From: an uncultured Candidatus Sumerlaeota bacterium
GTDB lineage: Bacteria > Sumerlaeota > Sumerlaeia > SLMS01 > JAHLLQ01
NCBI GenBank assembly: GCA_964580585.1
Contig: CAZOKZ010000013.1
Span: forward strand, 52 to 64,051
DNA length: 64,000 nucleotides
Direction of reading: 5' to 3'
In this document: in pieces, positions 39,496 through 48,385 of the stretch
Layout of the letters: each line of letters begins with the position of its first letter
Numbering within the stretch: the first letter of the stretch is position 1
Translations under genes and position numbers: made by a program
The notes under the pieces: generated by a model
Told to the model about the DNA's origin: nothing
Databases searched by the model: none
What the model saw: the letters and a program-made list of their open reading frames with translations, nothing else

Positions 39496-40602
39496 TCATT
39501 CGTCCTGGTTGAAATTGCGATAGGGAACCGGCGGGGGGCCGGGAGGCATTCGAGGTTGCTGAGGCACCGGGCCCGGACCGAAGCCAGACATGCCGCCCAT
39601 CATGCTTGCCTGGGCACCCATCGCCAGTTGCTGGAACATTTCCGACGGCAATGGAATGGCCACGCGCATGGTATTGCCCGATTGCACGAATTTCAGGTTT
39701 TCGATGCGCTTGATTTGTTCCAGCATTTGCGGATCTTCGCCCGCTTGCATGCGCGCCATCATGGTGAATGAATAAACCAATTGGTTGAACGCGGACACGG
39801 CGCGGTTGGCGGAATCGTCGGCTTCGAACTGCATTGCCACGTGCACCTGGACTTCCTCGCCTTCCTGCTCGGTGGCCACTACTGCCATGGCGTCGAGGTA
39901 TTTGGCTTCGGCCATCACGGCGGGCATGCCCGACATCATTGCCATCTGGGGCGGTGGGTTTTCCGCCATGTCCGACAACTGTTGTTTCAGGTCGTTCGAA
40001 ACCGAAAAGCCGATAAACACCGGCCATTTTTCGGCGCCCTTCATCAGCGAAGCCAACTTGCCGCCTTCCTTGGCGATGCTGGGAGTCGATTCCTTCGCGG
40101 CGGCGATCATTTTTTCGCTCAAGTCTTGCTGGGGGGACATGGCAATCGCGCCATTGCTCAATGTCGAGTAATACGTCGATTGCTCGGCGTTGAAAAACAT
40201 CGGCACGTCTTCGATCGTCTCTTTTTCTTCCCAGCCGGTTTCATCCATGCCGGGTTTCAGTTTCGAGTTCGCAAACGCTCCGTAAAGCACAATGTACTTC
40301 ATGGCGCTGGAGGGATCGTTTTCATCGACTTCGGTATTTGCGCCGAACTCGATTGCGTCGATATCGCCCTGGGCAACTTCTCGAAATATCGAATAGTCGG
40401 GCGACGATTTGACCGTCGCGGCCAACGCGCTCAAATTGGGCAGCGCGCTCATTTTACGAAACTCGAACCGCCCGATCAAGTTCACGTCGTTGGGAATCGA
40501 CGCAAACGGCGGGGGAGTTTCCATGGCAGTGGCGCTGCTGGCGGCCAGGGTGACCGCGAGCGCGATTTGGAAAGTTTTTTTACACACTGGGAAGATCGAC
40601 AT
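39496..40602 (-). CDS. secreted hypothetical protein (Met/Gln/Pro-rich C-terminus)
   Basis: Start chosen at ATG 40602 (MSIFPVCKKTFQIALAVTLAASSATA, signal peptide); the track ORF extends to 40716. Confidence 0.5.
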   Translation of the reverse strand: MSIFPVCKKTFQIALAVTLAASSATAMETPPPFASIPNDVNLIGRFEFRKMSALPNLSALAATVKSSPDYSIFREVAQGDIDAIEFGANTEVDENDPSSAMKYIVLYGAFANSKLKPGMDETGWEEKETIEDVPMFFNAEQSTYYSTLSNGAIAMSPQQDLSEKMIAAAKESTPSIAKEGGKLASLMKGAEKWPVFIGFSVSNDLKQQLSDMAENPPPQMAMMSGMPAVMAEAKYLDAMAVVATEQEGEEVQVHVAMQFEADDSANRAVSAFNQLVYSFTMMARMQAGEDPQMLEQIKRIENLKFVQSGNTMRVAIPLPSEMFQQLAMGAQASMMGGMSGFGPGPVPQQPRMPPGPPPVPYRNFNQDE

Positions 40603-40697
40603 CTTGATGAATAACCTCGTGGAGCAAATTGATGAACTCGAAGACATTGGACAAACCGTGAAACCGTAGAGTTCCACAATTGGTTTTGCAATCCCAC

Positions 40698-41579
40698 TTA
40701 CACCTGTCCCACCCAATTATTGTCATGCTGCTTGAACAGTTCACGGGTGGTGTTGAACACGTCGTCGGGCAGGGGACCTTTGGCAATTTGCGCCGCCGCT
40801 TGTTCAAAATGTTTCAGCTTCGATGTGCCGACGATGCAGGAACTCACCGCGCGCACCGATGCGAGGAACCGCAGGGCGAATTCGCCCCAGTCCAGGTCGC
40901 CCGGCGTCAGCCCCATGGCCTGCGCGCGTTCCCAGTACGGTTCGCAATATTGGCCCGCCGGGCGTTCCGTGAATCTCCAGAACGCGTTTGCAATCGGGCG
41001 CTTGGCAATCACGCCCAGGCCGCGCGTCCGCGCCGTGGGCAGGGCTTCGTCGATTACGCGCTGCTCGCAAATATTGATGGATGTTTGAATGCTGTCGAAC
41101 TGGCCCGTTTCAATGGCATAGGCCCGATGTTCGTTCTCGCCCGAATACGCCGCCGCGCGGATTTTGCCCGCATCCTTGGCGGTAACCAACGCCTCGATCA
41201 CCTCGCCGCGTTCTAGCACTTCCTTCGGGCAAGAGTGCAGATGCATGATATCGATGCGGTCGGTGTTCATGGTTTTCAGGGCGCGTTCGATGCCCGCCGT
41301 GATGCACGGTCCCGTCCAGTCCTCGTGGCCTTCGACGCTGTAGCCGCACTTGCTCGAGAGCAGGAATTCGTCGCGGCGATGGCTGAGGAACTTGCCAATG
41401 CGTTCCTCGCTCAGGCCGTAGCCGCGCGCCGTGTCGATCAGCTCGCAGCCCGCGTCCAGCACGCCGTTGAGCAGGCGTTCGACTTCCGAGTCGTCCTGGT
41501 CCGGTCCGCCGACGTGCCCGGCGCCGAATCCGAGCAAGGTGACTTTCAGGCCCGTGCGGCCAAAATCTCGATGAAGCAT
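40698..41579 (-). CDS. aldo/keto reductase
   Basis: AKR motifs (LIDTARGYG, catalytic Tyr/Lys context). 293 aa. Confidence 0.85.
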   Translation of the reverse strand: MLHRDFGRTGLKVTLLGFGAGHVGGPDQDDSEVERLLNGVLDAGCELIDTARGYGLSEERIGKFLSHRRDEFLLSSKCGYSVEGHEDWTGPCITAGIERALKTMNTDRIDIMHLHSCPKEVLERGEVIEALVTAKDAGKIRAAAYSGENEHRAYAIETGQFDSIQTSINICEQRVIDEALPTARTRGLGVIAKRPIANAFWRFTERPAGQYCEPYWERAQAMGLTPGDLDWGEFALRFLASVRAVSSCIVGTSKLKHFEQAAAQIAKGPLPDDVFNTTRELFKQHDNNWVGQV

Positions 41580-41765
41580 GGGGACACTCCCTCCGGGTTT
41601 AAAGGTATTGAAATGAACGCGCCACTAAACCGACCCGCCCCCGCGAGCGCAACCCCCGAGACAGGCAGGGAAAGATTTTTTACGGAAAATTGAAAGTTAC
41701 TTTACCCGGGGCGATGATTTCGCCAACGCGACATGGTTTTGATCGCTCCGTTCGATGCCGGGAAA

Positions 41766-42167
41766 TCAATCCGTGGGCCAAAGTTCACGTAGCCACCAAT
41801 CGAATTCTTCTGGCGAAAGGTGATAAAGAATAAATTCGCGTAACCCCAGTAAATCGTCGCGAACCAAAATCTGGGGCAGTAGTTGGGCTTGGCGGGACGA
41901 AGACAACAAACCTTCGCAAAACCCTATCGCTGCCGCTGTGTGCACATCCCCGTTGGGGTGCTTTAAACACCACTTGGCGTACCACCAGATCCGTCGCAGC
42001 AGACCAAGTAGCGGCGGGTTTTGCTCGCATAAACGATCAAATTCGAGGCCGAGCAAAATCCACAGCATCATGGGGTTATCCACATCACGCGAGGCGATGA
42101 TCCGCTGAAATTCCGGTAATTGTTTGGATGCTTCCCGTCTCCACTGGCTCATTTTGTCCCTTCCCAT
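41766..42167 (-). CDS. hypothetical Trp-rich protein
   Basis: 133-aa ORF with plausible codon usage and no recognisable domain. Confidence 0.4.
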   Translation of the reverse strand: MGRDKMSQWRREASKQLPEFQRIIASRDVDNPMMLWILLGLEFDRLCEQNPPLLGLLRRIWWYAKWCLKHPNGDVHTAAAIGFCEGLLSSSRQAQLLPQILVRDDLLGLREFILYHLSPEEFDWWLRELWPTD

Positions 42168-42309
42168 GTGTCGCGCACTTTCAGCGCGCAGCCTCTTTAC
42201 CGTTCGTTTTCCCAGGGCGACGTGCTTCGCACTTTGCCCAGAGCTGCTATGTAGCGCGCCTTTGGCGCTGAACGATGCAGCAGTCTTCTGAACGATTCAT
42301 GTCTGAATG

Positions 42310-42410
42310 ACGAAAAACTCCATCCACTAAAAACCATCAACTATTGACTATAAACTATTAACCAACAACCCCACTAAAAACTGTCCACTGTAAACTGTGA
42401 ACTGATATCT
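42310..42410. repeat. AT-rich tract with direct repeats (CCACTAAAAAC x2, AACTATT x2, ACTGT x3)
   Basis: Seen directly in the sequence, 3' of yidD. GC content is far below that of the surrounding sequence. Confidence 0.6.
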
Positions 42411-42421
42411 GGTCACTTCTT

Positions 42422-42724
42422 TCACTCAATCCGATACCACTCATCGCTCGCCTCCGACTTCACGTCGTCGAATCCGCCCTTGCACAACGGCTGGCAGCGC
42501 ATGATGCGCCACGCAATCAGCCCCAGCGCTTTCCACGCGGGTTTGGTGCGCAGGGCGTCGAGCGCGTAGTTGCTGCACGTTGGATGAAATCGACATTGGC
42601 CGCCCAGAAACGGCCCGAGGACGATCTGGTAACCGCGAACGAGGGCGATCAACCCTCGGCGGACGAATCGCGAACCGGCGAGGACAATGGCGGAGGGGCG
42701 CTTTCCAGCAGTTTGGCGACGCAC
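42422..42724 (-). CDS. yidD: membrane protein insertion efficiency factor YidD
   Basis: '[36 protein letters not shown]' matches the YidD consensus. The true start is probably internal, since the 5' end overlaps rnpA. Confidence 0.75.
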   Translation of the reverse strand: MRRQTAGKRPSAIVLAGSRFVRRGLIALVRGYQIVLGPFLGGQCRFHPTCSNYALDALRTKPAWKALGLIAWRIMRCQPLCKGGFDDVKSEASDEWYRIE

Positions 42725-43062
42725 GCGCGGAAATCCTCCTCAAGCTGCCGGTACGACGCTCCGGCGGCAGCCACCCGGGCGTTCACCACCAGGTCCAGCC
42801 CCGGCGGGAGAGTCGCGTGCGTCCGGCGGAATATCTCGCGCAGACGTCGTTTGACCCGGTTGCGCGTGACGGCATTGCCCACGCGGCGCGAAACCGTCAA
42901 TCCCAACCGCGTCGGGCGATCCAGTCCGCGGTCCAGGGCATAGACAACAACAAAACGGCGGGCACATTTGCGTCCGCCGTCGTAGACTTTCTGAAATTCC
43001 GCCCGTTGCGTCAACCGCACCCAGCGGGGGAATCGTTCGCCCCGCGGAGTCAGTTCACTCAT
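42649..43062 (-). CDS. rnpA: ribonuclease P protein component
   Basis: Basic 137-aa protein with an RNR motif ([13 protein letters not shown]). Its start ATG overlaps the rpmH stop (ATGA). Confidence 0.85.
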   Translation of the reverse strand: MSELTPRGERFPRWVRLTQRAEFQKVYDGGRKCARRFVVVYALDRGLDRPTRLGLTVSRRVGNAVTRNRVKRRLREIFRRTHATLPPGLDLVVNARVAAAGASYRQLEEDFRACVAKLLESAPPPLSSPVRDSSAEG

Positions 43063-43199
43063 CCGGAGACGGTCAAGCGATGGCGGCCCTTCGCGCGGCG
43101 ACGGGCCAGGACTTTACGACCGCTGGCCGATGCCATGCGTGTACGGAAACCGTGTTTGTTCACGCGGCGGCGGCGGCTGGGTTGATAGGTTCTTTTCAT
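43059..43199 (-). CDS. rpmH: 50S ribosomal protein L34
   Basis: Not in the ORF track (under 60 aa). Manual translation of the minus strand gives [46 protein letters not shown], canonical L34. GGAAGGTGAG RBS. Confidence 0.9.
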   Translation of the reverse strand: MKRTYQPSRRRRVNKHGFRTRMASASGRKVLARRRAKGRHRLTVSG

Positions 43200-43378
43200 G
43201 TGTCTCACCTTCCAGTGTTCTTCAAGGGGGTGAAATTCCGCTCATCCGCCCCCCCCGCGTCAAGAGGGAAAATCGAGCGAGGGTGATTTCTAAGGTGTGG
43301 AATAGGCGAATTAAAAGTGAATATCTGTTGAATAACTTGATCGTGACTAAGTAGAAACAAGTTATGGAGGATGTGCCA

Positions 43379-44650
43379 ATGACCCAATTTCGTTTATACG
43401 CTCCCTTCGCACGTTGTACCAGCGATAGCGTTCTTGATTTTTATGGAGGAGATTTTTTAGAAGCTTTGCTTCTGTACGATCAAGTGTTCTTGGACTCCGC
43501 GCATTATCTGGAGTTTTTTCACTTAGCCAGACGATTTGGTTTAAAATCAGTCCTGGCGCTTCTTGATCAAGGAATTATTATTCCACATCTGGACGATGGG
43601 GCAGCGGGTCAGGTGGGTCAAACTGGACCCGCAAGATTACCTGCAAATAAAGTTATATTGCCCATTCTGCATTTTGAAATAGTGGAATTACTCGTCGTTG
43701 ATTATGAGAAATTTCTGCATCAAACTATTAAAAAGCAAATTGGGTTTAATGCCGCAGAAAAACGTGAGCTTGCTAATATGCTTCGTGGAAAGCAGCATCT
43801 CCGAAATCATGATGCAAGGCGCAAAACGATCGCAAATTGGAAAGAATTAGTCGAGCCAACTTCTGATACTTTTAGGGACGCGTTCTCCAGGTCATTAGAT
43901 TCTCTAGGGCTTCTTGCACCCAGGTATGAACAGATACAAGCTGAAGCGGTTTTCTACAATGAAACCGATTTACGAGTAGAATCAAACATTAGACAGTTGA
44001 TTCCAAATCTTACAATCGAAGAAGAGCATCGTGCAATCGAACGCGCACTTTTAAGTCTGAGAAAATCAGTTCAAGTAAAATGTACTGCGGATGAATTGAA
44101 AAGCATACCAGCTTGGCAAGAAGATTTGGGTCTACTGGGCTTAGAAGATAAAAGAACAAGCCGAAATCCTACATTACTGACTAACCGACTGCATCAAATT
44201 TTAGAGATTCGAGAATTTCCCAAACTCCAAATTTTGTATGATGATCCGGACTTCAAACTTGAAGAGATACTCAAAATTCGTAACACGCGTGAATGCCAAG
44301 AATTTAGGGCCTGCATAAGAAGTTTCGACCGGATTGACCAACAACAATGGTTGATAACTTCCGAAGACTTAAAGCAGAAAGTGTTCGAATTAAAAAGATC
44401 ATTAGTGGGGAAAACTGGATCGCTATTATTCTCTGTAGTTTCCAATCTTATCCCTCCTCTATTCTCGATGCCAATGGCGTTAGGAAACTCTGTTAAAGAG
44501 AATTTTTTTGAAAATCACGAACCTCCGATTCAGGGAGCTAATGCGTTTCTCAATACCAAATTATCAAAGCTTTACAATAAAGATTATGGGGATGAATTGT
44601 CGAAAAAAAGAGGAGGGAAAAACAGTAAGACCATTGATCTGGTCGGATAG
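43379..44650 (+). CDS. hypothetical protein, low-GC (~40%) probable horizontally acquired orphan
   Basis: Start chosen at ATG 43379, which has a GGAGGA RBS 9 nt upstream; the track ORF starts at 43364. 423 aa, no recognisable domain. Base composition is strikingly different from its neighbours. Confidence 0.55.
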   Translation: MTQFRLYAPFARCTSDSVLDFYGGDFLEALLLYDQVFLDSAHYLEFFHLARRFGLKSVLALLDQGIIIPHLDDGAAGQVGQTGPARLPANKVILPILHFEIVELLVVDYEKFLHQTIKKQIGFNAAEKRELANMLRGKQHLRNHDARRKTIANWKELVEPTSDTFRDAFSRSLDSLGLLAPRYEQIQAEAVFYNETDLRVESNIRQLIPNLTIEEEHRAIERALLSLRKSVQVKCTADELKSIPAWQEDLGLLGLEDKRTSRNPTLLTNRLHQILEIREFPKLQILYDDPDFKLEEILKIRNTRECQEFRACIRSFDRIDQQQWLITSEDLKQKVFELKRSLVGKTGSLLFSVVSNLIPPLFSMPMALGNSVKENFFENHEPPIQGANAFLNTKLSKLYNKDYGDELSKKRGGKNSKTIDLVG

Positions 44651-44767
44651 TTTTTTACCAAGCCTGAAAGGCTTCAAATCCTTCGCCTTGGGCAAAACGC
44701 GAAGCGCGTCGCCCTGGGTGGCGTGCGCCGTTTCATCCGCACGCTGAAAGTGTGCGACACATCATTC

Positions 44768-45337
44768 TCACCACCAATCGGTGTAAGGCTCTTTGGTTTC
44801 CCAATCCACGAATTTGCGGATTTCACGGGCGCTGTCGAGCACTTCGACGCGCAGGAAATCCGGCGATTCCGGCTCTGTGGGAAACCAGTCGATATCCACC
44901 AACACGTGGCCTTCGGCGTCGCGGGCGAAAATTCGGGCGATGAGGCCTTCGGTTATTTGAATTTCGTCCAAGATGCGGTCGAAAATGTGACTCAACCCGC
45001 ACAAATCGTCCGGTGCGACTAAATTCCACGTGTCCGGCTCGGCAAGCCCTTCCTGGTCGATGCCATCCTCGGGCAAATAATAGATATCATCCGTCGGCCA
45101 ACCGTTTTCGCGGCACGCCGCGTGGATCATTTCGGTGAAAACTGCTGGATCGGGAGCGGGACGCATGGGGATTTTAGGTTTGTGAGCGGGATTTGGTGCG
45201 GGTTTGGGCGGTTGAACCGTACGCCGAACCCGGGCAATATACCATTTTTGTACCCACACCATGAAAAAGTGGAACGCGATCCCGATGGGAATCAGGTAAA
45301 GCAACTGGTGTGGATTTTTGGCGAATTGTTCGAACAT
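44768..45337 (-). CDS. hypothetical protein with N-terminal TM helix
   Basis: 189 aa, GC ~54%. Confidence 0.45.
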   Translation of the reverse strand: MFEQFAKNPHQLLYLIPIGIAFHFFMVWVQKWYIARVRRTVQPPKPAPNPAHKPKIPMRPAPDPAVFTEMIHAACRENGWPTDDIYYLPEDGIDQEGLAEPDTWNLVAPDDLCGLSHIFDRILDEIQITEGLIARIFARDAEGHVLVDIDWFPTEPESPDFLRVEVLDSAREIRKFVDWETKEPYTDWW

Positions 45338-45384
45338 GTTGCGTGACCAATGGGAGTATTTCGTGGGCGAAATCCCTCGAACTT

Positions 45385-45795
45385 TCAGGTACCTTGGTTT
45401 CTACGGTTATTTTCCAACGACGTTTTGGCGATTTCGTGAATTTCAGACAGAACAGCCTCATAGTTTTCACGGCTGAATGTGAAGATGAGCTTTTCCCCCT
45501 GGGGTGAAAGGTTACCTCTCTGTGCCTGAAAATCTCTAAAAATCACCTGATCTTCTTCAAAAAGCACTCGGCAATGCACATGACTGCATCCCCACTCGCC
45601 ACACCCGCAGGTTGCAATAATCCGGTATTTTTCGTTCTCACAAAGACATGTCTCCAACTCCGGTTGTCGCCAAAAATGCATCAGGGGCAGGGTATTGTCT
45701 TCCGACTCGATCCAATCGCCGAGGAGTCGGTTGTCGATCGTGAGCGCGATGGATTCGCTGCCTTCGGCTCCAAATTGGAATCCTAAACGGTGCAT
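45385..45795 (-). CDS. hypothetical Cys/His-rich small protein (CxC...CGCGEWGCSHVHC)
   Basis: 136 aa with a possible metal-binding cluster. GC ~50%. Confidence 0.4.
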   Translation of the reverse strand: MHRLGFQFGAEGSESIALTIDNRLLGDWIESEDNTLPLMHFWRQPELETCLCENEKYRIIATCGCGEWGCSHVHCRVLFEEDQVIFRDFQAQRGNLSPQGEKLIFTFSRENYEAVLSEIHEIAKTSLENNRRNQGT

Positions 45796-45918
45796 TTTTT
45801 GTTTCCCCAGTCCAAGCGCGATTGACTTTTATCCCCGACTTTTATCGTTTATAGGGTTGCCGCATGCAATCGCAAGTCGTATAAGTACAGTGTTAGTATT
45901 CTCTTGGGACGGAAGTCG

Positions 45919-46287
45919 ATGGCCAATTACCCCGAACTCAGCCTCCTGGTTTTGCGCGTGTCCGACATCGAACACGCAGCGGTCTTTTACGGGGCGCTGG
46001 GGCTCAAATTCGTTCGTCACCGTCAAGGCAAGGGCCCCGAGCATTATGTGTGCACGATGGATGGTGGCTGGGTGCTGGTGCTGTATCCTGCCATGAGCAT
46101 CGACGAGGAGTCCCACAGCATCCGCCTCGGGTTCCATGTGGATTCGGTTGAAGACACTGTCGAGCGGTTGGCGGACTTGGGCGCGCGCATTGTCACCCCG
46201 CCCAAACGAAGCGATTGGGGCCGCCGCGCCGTGGTGCGCGATCCGTTCGGGCTGACGCTCGAACTGACCACCCCGGGCCATCGATGA
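45919..46287 (+). CDS. VOC (glyoxalase/bleomycin-resistance/dioxygenase) family protein
   Basis: Start at ATG 45919 (MANYPELSLLVLRVSDIEHA...). Paralogous to the C-terminal half of the next gene. Confidence 0.7.
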   Translation: MANYPELSLLVLRVSDIEHAAVFYGALGLKFVRHRQGKGPEHYVCTMDGGWVLVLYPAMSIDEESHSIRLGFHVDSVEDTVERLADLGARIVTPPKRSDWGRRAVVRDPFGLTLELTTPGHR

Positions 46288-46291
46288 TTCG

Positions 46292-47053
46292 ATGCCAGAC
46301 TGGGCGACGAGTCTTCTTCCGGGTTTCCTCTGTTGCGTGCTTCCATGCCTGCTTTTTTTTGGCGTTTTATTGATAATGCAACGCTCGGTCGAGCGCTCGG
46401 ACTGGGAAAGTGTCGAACGGTTGGGCGACACACCTTGCCCGACGTGTGGCGAGCCGTTTGGACGCGAATCGGTGGAAAAAGCCCGGTCGAAATGGCAAGC
46501 CTATGTCAAGAAACTCATAAAGGAGAAGTCCGCCGTTCGTTTTCGCCTTTCTCCGACATGGAAAATCCCGTGTCCCGGTTGCGGTAAAACCTGGGACTGT
46601 AAGCCTAAGAACGACCATGTTATTTGGAATGCACCCACCGTGGATAGGCGGGAACGAAAGGAAACCGACGACAACTCCATGGCTTCCGATACCCCTCTCA
46701 ACCTACTCGTATTGCGTGTCGCCGACATCGACCGGGCGGCGGAGTTTTACGCGACACTCGGACTTGAGTTCATCAAGCATCGACACGGCACGGGGCCCGA
46801 GCACTATGCCTGCGAACGGTCCGGTTTCGTGTTCGAGCTTTATCCCGCACGCGACGCTGGGGAAGAAGCACGTGGCGTGCGTCTGGGCTTTGTCGTCGAT
46901 AACGTCAAAGCTACCCTGGATATGCTGATCGAGCGCGGCGCCGAAGTCCTTTCGCCGCCCAAAGATAGTCCATGGGGCCGCCGCGCCGTGCTGCGCGACC
47001 CGTTCGGCGTGACGGTGGAGTTGAGCGACCCGGCTGGTGTCCAACCGGATTGA
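46292..47053 (+). CDS. membrane-anchored zinc-ribbon (CPTC...CPGC) N-terminal region in frame with a second VOC domain
   Basis: A single open frame. TM helix (LLPGFLCCVLPCLLFFGVLLI) and two CxxC pairs, then an internal ATG at 46679 (MASDTPLNLLVLRVADIDRA...) that begins a VOC domain ~55% identical to the preceding gene. This could be one fusion protein or two genes. Confidence 0.5.
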   Translation: MPDWATSLLPGFLCCVLPCLLFFGVLLIMQRSVERSDWESVERLGDTPCPTCGEPFGRESVEKARSKWQAYVKKLIKEKSAVRFRLSPTWKIPCPGCGKTWDCKPKNDHVIWNAPTVDRRERKETDDNSMASDTPLNLLVLRVADIDRAAEFYATLGLEFIKHRHGTGPEHYACERSGFVFELYPARDAGEEARGVRLGFVVDNVKATLDMLIERGAEVLSPPKDSPWGRRAVLRDPFGVTVELSDPAGVQPD

Positions 47054-47107
47054 CGAGGGAGCCGCTATGGATCATCCTAAATCGAGCGACAGATTTAGGA
47101 GCACGTA

Positions 47108-47296
47108 ATGCGTCGGTTTCAAGCTTCCACATGGCGAGAGGGCGAATTGTTCGTCGCCCAATGCCTCGAGATAGATATTGCCAGCCAGGGAGTTTCGACT
47201 ACCGACGCCTTGGCCAATCTGCGCGAGGCACTTGAATTGTTCTTCGAGACGGCCTCTCCGGCTGAAATCCAACAGCGGTTGCATACCTACAGATAA
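47108..47296 (+). CDS. HicB-like (UPF0150) small protein, orphan antitoxin-like
   Basis: 62 aa, 'WREGELFVAQCLEIDIASQGVSTTDALANLREALELFFE', with a TAGGAG RBS. No HicA-like partner within the window. Confidence 0.5.
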   Translation: MRRFQASTWREGELFVAQCLEIDIASQGVSTTDALANLREALELFFETASPAEIQQRLHTYR

Positions 47297-47543
47297 AATT
47301 CCAAAAATCGAGTTTTTTATTTATCCAGGACGAGTCTAAAAGTTGCAAGATCAAGGCGCGCGAGGCGAAGGCGATGGGAGCGTACACCAAGTACGTGACC
47401 GGAGTCCGAGTCCGATGCGCAACGTTGAGATTGCGACTTTGAGACCGTCCTGCCTCTTCCCGCTTGCGCTGCCAAGCCCTGCCCGGCACATTCCGGGCGT
47501 GTAGATTCTGCGCCCATTTCTCAACCTGGATGACACGCTCTCC

Positions 47544-48308
47544 ATGTGGACGATGATCGAAAGCGCCTTTGGCCGACTTTTCACCATCAGCGGTGGCGTG
47601 GTGCTGGTGTTTGGCCAGAGCCTGTTGGAATTCCGCCTCTCGCGTCATGATGTGCGTCGGTTGCTGACGCAAATGATGCGCATTGGCGTGCATACGTTAC
47701 CGCTGGCCGCCATGATTGGCCTGTTCACCGGGATGATTTTTGCCCTCAACATGGGGCTGCCGCTCAAGGATTTCGGCATCGAAGATCGCATCGGCTCGAT
47801 TCTGGGCGTGGCAATCATTCGCGAACTCGCGCCCGTCTTCACCGCGTTCATTATTGCCGCGCGCGTGGGCGCCGCCATGACCGCCGAACTCGGCACGATG
47901 GCCGTTTCCGACGAAATCGACTCGTTGCGCGTGTTGGGCATCCGCCCGATGCGCTACCTGGCCATGCCGCGCATTGTGGCGTCGATGATCATGAATCCAT
48001 TGCTGACGGTTTATTCGACGGCGACGGGCCTCGTCGGCGGGATGTTGCTATCGAAAACGTACCTCGGCGTGGCGCCGACGATTTTCTGGGACCGCGTGCT
48101 GTCGGCGACGGATTTCAAAGAAATTAACACAGGTTTGATGAAAGCGCTGGCGTTCGGCGCGTTATACTCGGCCATCTGCGTTTACCACGGCATGAACACG
48201 CGGGGCGGGGCCGAAGGCGTCGGGCGCTCGACCACCCGCGCTGTTGTTGTGTCGCTGACCATGATCCTCGTCGCGGACTTCCTGCTGACGCGCTGGATGT
48301 TCGGGTAA
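47544..48308 (+). CDS. mlaE: MlaE-like ABC transporter permease
   Basis: 254 aa with MlaE/YrbE family sequence. No ATPase (mlaF) or mlaD gene adjacent. Confidence 0.75.
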   Translation: MWTMIESAFGRLFTISGGVVLVFGQSLLEFRLSRHDVRRLLTQMMRIGVHTLPLAAMIGLFTGMIFALNMGLPLKDFGIEDRIGSILGVAIIRELAPVFTAFIIAARVGAAMTAELGTMAVSDEIDSLRVLGIRPMRYLAMPRIVASMIMNPLLTVYSTATGLVGGMLLSKTYLGVAPTIFWDRVLSATDFKEINTGLMKALAFGALYSAICVYHGMNTRGGAEGVGRSTTRAVVVSLTMILVADFLLTRWMFG

Positions 48309-48385
48309 AAAACCAGACAGGATTGACGAGATGAACAGGTTTTAGCCCCATCCTGTTGATCTTGTGAATCCAGTCCAATTTGCTT

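Noticed and set aside
38555-40027. 490-aa minus-strand ORF
   Set aside because: Spans the mscS gene and the intergenic region in antisense. Arg/Gly/His-rich with no features.
42168-42421. oriC with DnaA boxes
   Set aside because: Only weak partial matches to TTATCCACA, and dnaA is absent from the window. Recorded only as an AT-rich repeat tract.
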